Source: Lachnospiraceae bacterium
Lineage (GTDB): Bacteria; Bacillota; Clostridia; Lachnospirales; Lachnospiraceae
NCBI GenBank assembly: GCA_045546735.1
Contig: JAZQDJ010000120.1
Location: forward strand, 42,394 to 106,393
Direction of reading: 5' to 3'
Length of the DNA: 64,000 bases
This document shows, one piece after another, positions 9,063 through 18,231 of this stretch (position 1 is its first letter; each line of letters starts with the position of its first letter). The notes below the pieces were generated by a model. That model was not told where the DNA came from. It saw nothing but the letters and a program-made list of their open reading frames with translations, and did no database searches. Made by a program: the position numbers and the translations under genes.

Positions 9063-10142
9063 TTATATGATCGCTGTAATCTTCATATCCTTATGTACAG
9101 AAAGATCTATAAATTTGTTGTTTGCGCATTTAATCGTCGGACGGGATAAATGCTCCGGATGTATGAATACGATTTCACCTTCAAGCCCGTTATTCAGTCG
9201 CACACGGAAACCGATAAAGGAATTGCTGACATTACGAAGGAATGTCAAAATCATATCCGGGTCGTATTTATCAAAGCCTTCTTTTTCAAATTCTTCGATA
9301 ACATCAAACGGGCAAATCGGGTCACGATAAACACGTTTGCTTGTCATGGCATCGTAAATATCCACAATAGTAATCATCTTGGCAAAGAAAGAAATCTTGT
9401 CGCGGGTGAATCCGTAAGGATATCCGCTGCCGTCACATTTTTCATGATGCATGAGTGCGGCATTTTTAACTTCCTCACTAAGCCCTGCTGCGTCCAGGAT
9501 ATTGTAACCATCTAATGGATGACGCTTAATTGCTTCAAATTCCGCTTTCGTCAGAGGTCCCGGTTTTTTAAGAATACTTTCAGGAACTTTGATTTTGCCT
9601 ATATCATGGAACAAACCGCACGAAGTAGCCATAACACGGTCTTCTTTGCTTAAATTCAGCCATCCGGCAAAGATGTTGGAAATAATCGCTGCATTGACAC
9701 AGTGTGCATATGTCGAATCATCATAATCACGCATGTTAATCAGCATATCCATGAGACCGACGGAATGACCGAAATCATCCATGAAAGTTAATGTCTGGGA
9801 TACGAGGTTTTCTGCATCAAAGTTAGAATTTGATTCAACAATCTGATTTAATCCTGTCTGTAACAAATCCACATGAGATTCAAAATTTTCTTTGAATTCA
9901 ATAAAATCAGGGTTGGAACGTACACGCTCACTATAAGATGGCGGAGCATCGTTCATGGAAGAATCCACGGAAACGGCTTTATCCTCAACCTTGATGGAAT
10001 AAATACCGAAAGAATCCAATTTTTCAATATTTTTTTCAACTAAGATAACTTTCTTTCCGAGAACGAGCTGTCCGTCAATCGAGAAGATATCTTCGGCAGT
10101 AACCATTCCGGGACGAAGGTCTTTTACTTGAATTTTTTTCAT
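9063..10142 (-). CDS. HD-GYP domain protein (putative c-di-GMP phosphodiesterase)
   Basis: Contains the motifs HDIGKIKVP and HHEKCDGSGYPYG. Confidence 0.85.
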   Translation of the reverse strand: MKKIQVKDLRPGMVTAEDIFSIDGQLVLGKKVILVEKNIEKLDSFGIYSIKVEDKAVSVDSSMNDAPPSYSERVRSNPDFIEFKENFESHVDLLQTGLNQIVESNSNFDAENLVSQTLTFMDDFGHSVGLMDMLINMRDYDDSTYAHCVNAAIISNIFAGWLNLSKEDRVMATSCGLFHDIGKIKVPESILKKPGPLTKAEFEAIKRHPLDGYNILDAAGLSEEVKNAALMHHEKCDGSGYPYGFTRDKISFFAKMITIVDIYDAMTSKRVYRDPICPFDVIEEFEKEGFDKYDPDMILTFLRNVSNSFIGFRVRLNNGLEGEIVFIHPEHLSRPTIKCANNKFIDLSVHKDMKITAII

Positions 10143-10392
10143 ATTTTGTCACCCCATTCTTACCCTTAAAATTATAGAAGATAATGGGAAGACTGTCAAT
10201 GAAAGTCGCATGAAAACAGCGTAAAAAAGCGTCAATTATCTGACATTACTTTATCACATTGTAGTAATAGAATCTACCAATTTAGAGTTGCTAAAAAACG
10301 CTCTTTCGCAACTTACATTTTTCCTGCAAATTTTATTGAGAAAAGAAAGAAAAGTCTTTATACTGATTTTATACAGAAAGAGAGGGTTTCTT

Positions 10393-11322
10393 ATGGATGT
10401 TATTTGCGCAGGTGAAATGCTCATAGACTTTACGCCGGGGGATAAGCCCGATACTTATACAGCCAATCCGGGAGGAGCTCCGGCCAATGTGGCGGTCAGT
10501 ATGGCAAGAAATGGTTTAAAAACGGCATTTCTCGGTATTTTGGGGAATGATGATTTCGGAAAGAAATTAAAGAATGTATTAGAAAAAGAAGGTATTGAAA
10601 TGCTTTGTCCCAATCTTACGGATGAGGCGGTTACGACACTTGCATTTGTTACTTTATATGAGGGGGGAGAGAGGTCTTTTACGTTCGCAAGAAAGCCGGG
10701 TGCAGATATTTTGTTGCGTAAAAGCGATATTGAGGAAGATAAAATTACCCGCACCCGTCTGTTGCATGCCGGAAGTGTATCTTTATCGGACAATCCATGC
10801 AGGGAAGCCATAGGATATGCTATGGAGTTGGCGCATAAAAAAGGAAAGCTTGTCAGCTTTGATATCAATTACCGTGATATGATCTGGCATGACATGGAGA
10901 GATGTAAAAAAGAAGTTGAAAAAATAATGCCTTATGTGGATTTTCTTAAAATTTCCGATGAAGAACTTTATTTTGTCGGAGGAGAAGAAAATATCGCATC
11001 GTTTATGGAAAAAAACAGTATCTCAGTTGTTGTGGAAACACTTGGAAGTAAAGGTGCAAAGTATTTTTTTAAAGGAAAAGAGGGCAGAGTAGACGCAAGA
11101 TCGGTGGATGCTGTGGATGCGACGGGTGCAGGTGATGCGTTTTGGGGAGCATTTCTTTCTGCAATACTTATGTGCAATGTAAATAAAACCGATGATATTA
11201 CGGAAGAAATTGTGAGAAAGGCACTTGTGTACGGAAACATTTCCGGTGCTCTTTGCGTGCAAATGCCGGGGGGGATTCCGGCGCTTCCTACGAAAGAAGA
11301 GATTGAGGAGGTACTTCTATGA
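10393..11322 (+). CDS. PfkB-family carbohydrate kinase (fructokinase-like)
   Basis: Start is placed at the ATG of MDVICAGEMLIDF, preceded by AGAGAGGG. The TTG at 10288 gives an implausible hydrophobic leader. Contains the GAGDAF motif. Confidence 0.85.
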   Translation: MDVICAGEMLIDFTPGDKPDTYTANPGGAPANVAVSMARNGLKTAFLGILGNDDFGKKLKNVLEKEGIEMLCPNLTDEAVTTLAFVTLYEGGERSFTFARKPGADILLRKSDIEEDKITRTRLLHAGSVSLSDNPCREAIGYAMELAHKKGKLVSFDINYRDMIWHDMERCKKEVEKIMPYVDFLKISDEELYFVGGEENIASFMEKNSISVVVETLGSKGAKYFFKGKEGRVDARSVDAVDATGAGDAFWGAFLSAILMCNVNKTDDITEEIVRKALVYGNISGALCVQMPGGIPALPTKEEIEEVLL

Positions 11323-11999
11323 AACGTTCGAAAATAAATACATGCATTAAGGACATGGAGAGGTTAATTGAGGAGCATGGATTTAAGCTTCCGCCGTTTT
11401 GTCATTGGACGCCCAACGAGTGGCAGGATAAAAACAGTGAATACGATGAAATCCGTGACAACATGCTTGGCTGGGATATTACAGATTACGGTCTCGGAGA
11501 TTTTGATAAAGTCGGTTTTGCATTGATTACGCTCCGGAATGGAAATCAGAATAATCCGAAGTATAAGAAAGTGTATGCGGAAAAGCTGCTTATGTTAAAA
11601 GAAGGACAGCATTCGCCGATGCATTTTCATTGGAACAAAAGCGAGGATATTATTAACCGCGGCGGCGGAACGTTGCTGATACACGTTTATAATGATGCGG
11701 GAGACGGTTCTTTTGCGGATACAGATGTTCTTGTAAATATGGATGGACGCTCGTTCTATGTATCGGCGGGTACAGCCGTGGAATTAAAGCCCGGAGAAAG
11801 TATTACGCTATGGCCTCATCAGTACCATGATTTCGATGTGAAGCCGGGTACAGGGGATGTGTTGATCGGCGAGGTTTCTATGTGCAATGATGACAATACG
11901 GATAACCGTTTTTATGAGCAGGTCGGAAGATTTCCGACCATAGAGGAGGATGAAGCTCCTTACAGGCTTCTTTGTAATGAGTATCCTCCGGCAAAATAA
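11319..11999 (+). CDS. D-lyxose/D-mannose family sugar isomerase (cupin)
   Basis: 226 aa. Shows the MHFHWNKSEDIINRGGG cupin metal-site pattern seen in YdaE-type lyxose isomerases. It overlaps the kinase gene by 4 nt (ATGA). Confidence 0.75.
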   Translation: MKRSKINTCIKDMERLIEEHGFKLPPFCHWTPNEWQDKNSEYDEIRDNMLGWDITDYGLGDFDKVGFALITLRNGNQNNPKYKKVYAEKLLMLKEGQHSPMHFHWNKSEDIINRGGGTLLIHVYNDAGDGSFADTDVLVNMDGRSFYVSAGTAVELKPGESITLWPHQYHDFDVKPGTGDVLIGEVSMCNDDNTDNRFYEQVGRFPTIEEDEAPYRLLCNEYPPAK

Positions 12000-12009
12000 A
12001 GGAGACACC

Positions 12010-13722
12010 ATGAAGTTTTTACTGGCAGCAGTCAATACAAAATATATACATTCTAATCCTGCGGTCTATTCGCTCAAAGCGTATGCAGAGAAAAAGGCTC
12101 CGGAGTTGACGGGGCAGATTGAGATTGCGGAATATACGATTAATCACCAGATTTCGGATATTTTGGCAGATTTATATAAGAGAAAACCGGATGCAATCGG
12201 TTTTTCCTGCTATATCTGGAATATTTCGTATGTTCTTGAATTGGCAGAGGAGATGAAAAAACTTCTTCCGGATGTACAAATATGGTTCGGAGGTCCCGAG
12301 GTATCTTTTGATGCAGATAAGCTGCTTTTAACTTACCCGTTTCTTACCGGTGTCATATGCGGAGAAGGTGAAGAGTCTTTTTTACAGTTAGCTATGGCTT
12401 ATAAAAAGGCGGAAGAAGAGGGAAGATCTTTTGCGGAAGTAAGCAGGGGACAACTGAAAAATACAGAACTGGTGCTTTCGGAAGTTCCTTTCCTGTATGA
12501 CGATGATGCTTCGTTTGAAAACCGGATTTTGTATTATGAGTCGAGCAGGGGATGTCCGTTCCGATGTAGCTATTGTTTGTCTTCGATTGATAAAACGGTA
12601 CGTTTGCGCGATATCGAAATTGTAAAAAAAGAACTTGCATATTTTATAGAAAAAAAGGTCCGTCAGGTAAAATTCGTAGACCGTACTTTCAACTGTAACA
12701 AAGAGCATGCGCTTGCGATTTGGGAATATTTGTTAGCCCATGATAACGGCGTGACAAATTTTCACTTTGAGATTGCGGCGGATTTATTAGGGGAAGAGGA
12801 ACTGACACTTCTTTCAAAATTCCGTCCGGGCGCATTGCAGTTAGAAATCGGAGTGCAGTCTACCAATGAAAAGACGATAGAGGAAATTGACCGTCGGATG
12901 AATGTGGAGCGCTTGAGAGGGATTGTGAAAAGAATTCATGACGGGGGAAATATTCACGTTCATTTGGATTTGATTGCAGGACTTCCATATGAGGATTATG
13001 ATTCATTTGGAAAATCGTTTGATGATGTGTATGCGATGCAGCCTGAACAGCTGCAGCTTGGATTTTTAAAGGTTCTTAAAGGATCGAAGATGCATCAAAA
13101 GGCGCAGGATTATGGTTTGGTTTACCGCTCAAAACCACCGTATGAAGTTTTATATACGGACTGGATTTCTTTTGATGATATATGCAGGTTGAAACGCATC
13201 GAGGAAATGGTGGAAATCTATTATAACAGTAATCAATTTACTGTGACATTGCCGCTTGCAATGAAGAAATTTTCTTCTCCGTTTGCTTTTTTTGAAGCGC
13301 TCGCAGATTATTATGAAAAGCAGGGTTATTTTGTACAGTCGCCGGCTCGAAGCTACCGCTATCAAGTATTGCTGTCTTTCTTAGAAGAAGAAAATCTTTT
13401 TGCCGAAAGTCTGACCGTGGATTTGTATTTGAGAGAAAATTGCAAGACAAGACCTGCTTTTGCCGTAGATTTGGCAACGCACAAAGACCGCGAAAGAGCA
13501 TTTTTCCAAAAAGAGGCCGCAGAGCATGAGCTGCTGGGAGATGATTATGTAGATTATGATGCGCGCATGCTTGCAAGATCAGTTCACGTGGAACCGGTAT
13601 TTTTTGACCATGTGACAGGTCAGCTTTTGAAGGAACCGGAATATATGATATTTGATTATAAAAACAGGAATGCACTGACTTATGAGGCAAAAACATACAG
13701 AATAGGAAAAGAATATGAGTAA
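12010..13722 (+). CDS. B12-binding domain-containing radical SAM protein
   Basis: Start is placed at MKFLLAAVNTKYIH, after AAAGGAG. The CxxxCxxC cluster reads SSRGCPFRCSYC. The N-terminal region is B12-binding-like and the C-terminal extension is long. Confidence 0.8.
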   Translation: MKFLLAAVNTKYIHSNPAVYSLKAYAEKKAPELTGQIEIAEYTINHQISDILADLYKRKPDAIGFSCYIWNISYVLELAEEMKKLLPDVQIWFGGPEVSFDADKLLLTYPFLTGVICGEGEESFLQLAMAYKKAEEEGRSFAEVSRGQLKNTELVLSEVPFLYDDDASFENRILYYESSRGCPFRCSYCLSSIDKTVRLRDIEIVKKELAYFIEKKVRQVKFVDRTFNCNKEHALAIWEYLLAHDNGVTNFHFEIAADLLGEEELTLLSKFRPGALQLEIGVQSTNEKTIEEIDRRMNVERLRGIVKRIHDGGNIHVHLDLIAGLPYEDYDSFGKSFDDVYAMQPEQLQLGFLKVLKGSKMHQKAQDYGLVYRSKPPYEVLYTDWISFDDICRLKRIEEMVEIYYNSNQFTVTLPLAMKKFSSPFAFFEALADYYEKQGYFVQSPARSYRYQVLLSFLEEENLFAESLTVDLYLRENCKTRPAFAVDLATHKDRERAFFQKEAAEHELLGDDYVDYDARMLARSVHVEPVFFDHVTGQLLKEPEYMIFDYKNRNALTYEAKTYRIGKEYE

Positions 13723-14452
13723 TTTAAATGCGACAGCGATTGACTTGGAGATGACGGGACTCAATGCGCGTACCGAGAAAATCATAGAGATAGGTGCAAC
13801 CAAAATCCGTGACGGTAACGTAACGGAAACGTATCATAAATTACTGAATCCGGGCAGAAAATTAGATGAAAAAACAGTGCAGATTACCGGGATTACGGAT
13901 GATATGCTCATAGGATGTCCGGCATTTGCCGAGATAAAAGACGAATTCTTGGAATTTATCGGGGAAGATATCCTTTTGGGGCATAATGTGATTTTTGATT
14001 ATTCTTTTTTGAAAAAGGCAATTATTAATGAAAGTCCGAAAGGGACCCGCTTTGAGAGGAAGGGAATTGACACGCTTAAAATTGCGCGGCGTTTCCTCCC
14101 GGGAGAGCAGAAAAAGCAGTTGACAGCGCTTTGTGAGTATTATGGTATTGAATACCGGGCTCATCGGGCTCTTGATGATGCACTTGCAACATTCCGCCTT
14201 TATGAATTATTGAGGGAAGAGTATTACGAAAAGGGAGCGGATATATTTGAGCCGAAACCTCTTGTATATCAGGTAAAAAAAGAAAGTCCCGTGATGGCAA
14301 AGCAGATAGAGCAAATCACGAGACTGTCACAGCAATATGGAATAGAGTGTCCGTATGATCTTGAAAAAATGACAAAAAATGAAGCAAGCCGCTACATTGA
14401 CAAGATAAAATCAGGTTTCGGAAGCGTCGCTGTCACCGGAAAGAGCTCTTAA
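13715..14452 (+). CDS. 3'-5' exonuclease (DnaQ/Pol III epsilon-like)
   Basis: Exo motifs are present: IDLEMTGL, LLGHNVIFDYSFL and HRALDDA. It overlaps the upstream gene by 8 nt. Confidence 0.8.
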   Translation: MSNLNATAIDLEMTGLNARTEKIIEIGATKIRDGNVTETYHKLLNPGRKLDEKTVQITGITDDMLIGCPAFAEIKDEFLEFIGEDILLGHNVIFDYSFLKKAIINESPKGTRFERKGIDTLKIARRFLPGEQKKQLTALCEYYGIEYRAHRALDDALATFRLYELLREEYYEKGADIFEPKPLVYQVKKESPVMAKQIEQITRLSQQYGIECPYDLEKMTKNEASRYIDKIKSGFGSVAVTGKSS

Positions 14453-15031
14453 AATGGCACCTTTTGTGATACCGCGGATTTTTTCCGCGTTTTCTCTCAG
14501 CCAACTGATACCGGCAAAGTTTCCTTGTTCCCGGTAGATTTGAATGAGTAATTTATAGTGTGAAAGAGAATCGGTGCCTGTCAAAATCGACTCCTCGGAG
14601 AGCATAACAGCCTCTTCTTTCCGGCCCAGATCGTACAGATGCTGACAGAGTAAGTAGATGTTTTTGGCAAAGTTTTCATAGTTGGCATCATATTCACTTA
14701 AGATAGATATATTTGCGGTACCGAAACGCATTTTGACTTCGGTATTGGAGATACCGTTTAGATTTACCATTTTCTTGTCGGACAACTCTTTGAGTATGGT
14801 GTAGCATTCCGGGATAGCGTCCGGGTCGAAACTTTCTTCCGCCGGAAGTTTGTCAAAAGGAAAATGAACGAAATCGGAATCTTCCAATTGTTTCTTTCTG
14901 ACACTATTTGCCATGCTTTCATTTTCCCAAAAATCGACAGATGCTTTTTCGTTTAAATTACGGCTTTTCCGAAGCTGAAAAGTAAGCCATGCACCGAAAA
15001 GCATAAAACTTGCAAAAATGACTAAATTCAT
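14411..15031 (-). CDS. hypothetical membrane-anchored protein
   Basis: 206-aa ORF with an N-terminal TM helix and an AAAGGA RBS. Its 3' end overlaps the convergent exonuclease gene by 42 nt. Confidence 0.55.
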   Translation of the reverse strand: MNLVIFASFMLFGAWLTFQLRKSRNLNEKASVDFWENESMANSVRKKQLEDSDFVHFPFDKLPAEESFDPDAIPECYTILKELSDKKMVNLNGISNTEVKMRFGTANISILSEYDANYENFAKNIYLLCQHLYDLGRKEEAVMLSEESILTGTDSLSHYKLLIQIYREQGNFAGISWLRENAEKIRGITKGAILRALSGDSDASET

Positions 15032-15067
15032 ATATAATATCCTTTCGAAGTAAAAGAGGTGATACTT

Positions 15068-15175
15068 ATGTTTAATAATAACAAAATGAAGCGTGTAGTT
15101 GCAACAGTTATCGCAGTTGTTTTAGTTTTAGCGCTTGTAGTACCGCTTGTAATTTCCGCAATCGGTTTTTTCTAA
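15068..15175 (+). CDS. small hydrophobic protein (35 aa), not in the supplied ORF track
   Basis: AGAGGTG RBS lies 7 nt upstream of the ATG. The product MFNNNKMKRVVATVIAVVLVLALVVPLVISAIGFF* forms a single TM helix. Confidence 0.45.
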   Translation: MFNNNKMKRVVATVIAVVLVLALVVPLVISAIGFF

Positions 15176-15198
15176 GAAAGAAATAAGAGGAAGTTTGT

Positions 15199-16734
15199 AT
15201 GAAAAAATTTATGAAAGTATTGGCTGTTGTTTTTATGATGGCAGTTGTACTTGCCGTTCCGACACAGGTGCAGGCATCTGATTCAATTCAGAAGATAGAA
15301 AGAGGTGTCTTTATCGGAGATATTGATGTGTCCGGTATGACAACGCTTGAGGCGGAAGCAGCAGTAAATGAATATGTAAATTCTCTCAAACAAAAAGAGA
15401 TTACATGGAATGCCTTAAACAACAATACAGTTACTGTCACAGCCGGAGATCTCGGTATGAAATGGCAGAACAAACATATTGTGGAAGAGGCAGCACAGCT
15501 TGGAAAAGCAGGCAATATCGTCCAGAGATATAAAGCACTGAAAGACCTTGAACATCAGAACGAGGTTTTCCCATTGGAAATTTCTTATGATGATGCAATG
15601 ATCCGTACGATTATCAATGAACAGTGTCTGCAGTACAATGTGGAAGCGACAGACGGAACATTGACCAGAGAAGACGGAGAGTTTAAATTTGTCGCAGGTC
15701 AGACCGGTGTTGTGATTGATGTTGATGCGTCTGTGAAGGCAATTCAGGAATATATGAATAACGAGTGGGACAAAGAAAATGCCATGATCGATTTAGTTGC
15801 AGAGACAACGCAGCCACGTGGTACGGAAGAAGAATTGTCTATGGTAAAAGATGTTCTCGGTACCTTTACGACAAGTTTCTCTACTTCCGGCTATAACCGT
15901 AGCGGAAATGTAAGAAACGGATGTGAAAAAATCAACGGTACTTTGTTATATCCGGGCGATACGTTCTCTACATATGAGGCGGTAAGTCCGTTTACGGAAG
16001 CAAACGGATATTTCCAGGCAGGTTCTTATTTGAACGGACTTGTTATCGATTCTCTCGGAGGAGGTATTTGTCAGGTTTCCACAACGCTTTACAATGCAGT
16101 CCTTTTGGCCGAGCTTGAGGTAACAGAGAGATTTAACCACTCTATGATCGTTACTTATGTAGATCCGTCTGCAGATGCGGCTATTTCGGGAACAGCGAAA
16201 GATTTTAAGTTTGTAAACAATTTAAGTTATCCTATTTATATTGAAGGAACAACAAGTGAAGATAAAAAGATTACCTTTACGATTTACGGTTGTGAGACAA
16301 GACCTGAAAACAGAGAAGTTAATTATGAAAGCGTGGTAATCAGCAGAACCGTTCCGGAAGGAGAAAGAGTTGTTGCGGATTCTTCTCAGCCGGCGGGTTA
16401 TATTGATGTGCAGTCTGCACATATCGGTTATGTGGCGCAGCTTTGGAAAGTGGTTAAGGTTGACGGCGAGGAGGAAAGCCGTATACAGATTAATGACAGC
16501 CGTTACACAGCAACACCGAGAACAGCTGCAGTCGGAACAGCGACAGCAAATCCGCTCGCTGCACAGGCAATTAATGCGGCTATTGCAACAGGAAGTATTG
16601 ACCAGTGCCGCGCAACTGCAGCAGCAATCAATGCCGGAACTTACAATGACCCGGCAGCAGCAGCTATCGCAGCGCAGCAGGCAGCTATTGCAGCACAGCA
16701 GGCGGCTCAGGCAGCAGCACAGCAACCTCAGTAG
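15199..16734 (+). CDS. VanW family protein
   Basis: Signal/TM N-terminus and a VanW core (GGGICQVSTTLYNAVLLAELEVTERFNHS). The C-terminal tail is Ala/Gln-rich and low-complexity. Confidence 0.8.
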   Translation: MKKFMKVLAVVFMMAVVLAVPTQVQASDSIQKIERGVFIGDIDVSGMTTLEAEAAVNEYVNSLKQKEITWNALNNNTVTVTAGDLGMKWQNKHIVEEAAQLGKAGNIVQRYKALKDLEHQNEVFPLEISYDDAMIRTIINEQCLQYNVEATDGTLTREDGEFKFVAGQTGVVIDVDASVKAIQEYMNNEWDKENAMIDLVAETTQPRGTEEELSMVKDVLGTFTTSFSTSGYNRSGNVRNGCEKINGTLLYPGDTFSTYEAVSPFTEANGYFQAGSYLNGLVIDSLGGGICQVSTTLYNAVLLAELEVTERFNHSMIVTYVDPSADAAISGTAKDFKFVNNLSYPIYIEGTTSEDKKITFTIYGCETRPENREVNYESVVISRTVPEGERVVADSSQPAGYIDVQSAHIGYVAQLWKVVKVDGEEESRIQINDSRYTATPRTAAVGTATANPLAAQAINAAIATGSIDQCRATAAAINAGTYNDPAAAAIAAQQAAIAAQQAAQAAAQQPQ

Positions 16735-16754
16735 ATACAGATGGGTGAATAAGA

Positions 16755-17726
16755 TTGAAACCGGGTAAAATTTCAGAGAATGTGTTAAAACGTTCCGTGT
16801 TAAAATATTTGGATCAAGATCAGACAGAAATCGCAAGAGGCGCAGGTATCGGAAATGACTGCGCCCTTTTTGCTTTTTCCAAAGGAGCTGCATCAGCGAC
16901 ATGTTCTCTTTCCGTAAAGGGAAAAGAGAAAGTGCGACATGCTGTTTTTGCGGCGGTAAATAACCTGTCAGCCGGAGGGCAGCAGGCAAAATATCTTTTG
17001 CTTATGATTACGCTTCCCGAGAGAGCAAGAGAAATTAAATTGCAGGAAATTATGGAAGAGGCGGCGCAAATTTGTCGGGAATATGATATGCTGATTGTCG
17101 GCGGACATACAGAAGTGTCGACAAACGTGACGGATATAGTGGTGAATGTAACAGCGCTTTCCGGAGAGAGTACTAAAATGGAAATTCCGGATCAAGTTAC
17201 AGATTATGATATCGTACTTTCCGGTTATATCGGAATGGAGGCAGCAGGACTTGTTGCACTTCAGAAAGAGGAAGAACTTTCGGGTCGTTTCCCGAAATGG
17301 CTTTTAGATGACGTAAAAGACTACAAATCTCATGTTTCGGCCATACAGACGGCGCAGATGGCAGCAGAGCATGGAGAGGTGCTTATGCACGATGTCGGTG
17401 AGGGAGGAGTTTTTGCAGCATTGTGGGAACTCGGACAGCGCGCAGAATCAGGGCTTACGATTGATATCAAAAAAATTCCGATGCGACAGTCCGTTGTGGA
17501 AATTTGCAATCATTATGATTTAAATCCGTATGAGATTCTTTCACAAGGATGCCTTTTGATTGTGGCAAAAGACGGTGAATCTTTGGCGGAGAAACTAATA
17601 GATGCAGACATTCCGGCGGCGGTCATCGGAACTATGACAGACAGCAATGACCGGATAATACAAAACGGCGAGGAAATAAGGTATATGGACCTTCCAAAAC
17701 CGGATCAAATCCGTAAATTATTATAA
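16755..17726 (+). CDS. AIR synthase-related (PurM/HypE-like) protein
   Basis: TTG start preceded by GGGTGA. The N-terminus KPGKISENVLKRSVL and the motif GIGNDCA are typical of the family. Confidence 0.7.
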   Translation: MKPGKISENVLKRSVLKYLDQDQTEIARGAGIGNDCALFAFSKGAASATCSLSVKGKEKVRHAVFAAVNNLSAGGQQAKYLLLMITLPERAREIKLQEIMEEAAQICREYDMLIVGGHTEVSTNVTDIVVNVTALSGESTKMEIPDQVTDYDIVLSGYIGMEAAGLVALQKEEELSGRFPKWLLDDVKDYKSHVSAIQTAQMAAEHGEVLMHDVGEGGVFAALWELGQRAESGLTIDIKKIPMRQSVVEICNHYDLNPYEILSQGCLLIVAKDGESLAEKLIDADIPAAVIGTMTDSNDRIIQNGEEIRYMDLPKPDQIRKLL

Positions 17727-17748
17727 AGTTTAGAAAGGAATAACGAAT

Positions 17749-18231
17749 ATGAGAGAACGAATTTTAGCTATTATCGAGAAAAACAGCCGTATCGGAATCA
17801 GCGAACTGGCCGTTATTATGGGAGAACCTGAAATTGAGGTTGCCAACGAGCTTAAGAGATTGGAAGAAGAAGGCATTATTTGCGGATATCATACAATGAT
17901 AGATTGGGAAAAAACGAATCTTGAAAAAGTAACCGCACTTATTGAGGTCCGTGTCACACCTCAGAGAGGACAGGGCTTTGACAATATTGCAGAACGCATT
18001 TACAAATATCCGGAGGTAAATTCCGTGTATTTGATTTCCGGAGGATATGATTTGCTTATTACGTTAGAAGGCCGTTCTTTGAAAGAGGTTTCACAGTTTG
18101 TTTCGGATAAGCTTTCACCGCTTGAGTCGGTACTTAGTACAGCAACACATTTTATTTTGAAAAAATACAAGGATCACGGAACGATTCTTGCGAAGAAATC
18201 CGCAGATGAAAGGATGAAAATTACACCATGA
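17749..18231 (+). CDS. Lrp/AsnC family transcriptional regulator
   Basis: 160 aa with an N-terminal HTH (ILAIIEKNSRIGISELA) and a C-terminal ligand-binding fold. Confidence 0.85.
   Translation: MRERILAIIEKNSRIGISELAVIMGEPEIEVANELKRLEEEGIICGYHTMIDWEKTNLEKVTALIEVRVTPQRGQGFDNIAERIYKYPEVNSVYLISGGYDLLITLEGRSLKEVSQFVSDKLSPLESVLSTATHFILKKYKDHGTILAKKSADERMKITP

Noticed and set aside
10288-12009. Longer alternative starts given in the ORF track (TTG 10288, ATG 11950; also TTG 24121, GTG 19390, 43999, 48946)
   Set aside because: The extensions lack an RBS, overlap upstream genes or terminators, and precede internal ATGs that have canonical GGAGG-type RBSs and begin the conserved family N-termini.
16222-16989. 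255-aa minus-strand ORF, and the 16370-16768 plus-strand ORF, over the VanW 3' end
   Set aside because: Both are generated by the GCA/CAG-rich low-complexity tail of the VanW gene, giving Cys/Leu/Ser/Arg-rich repeats. They overlap two supported genes.
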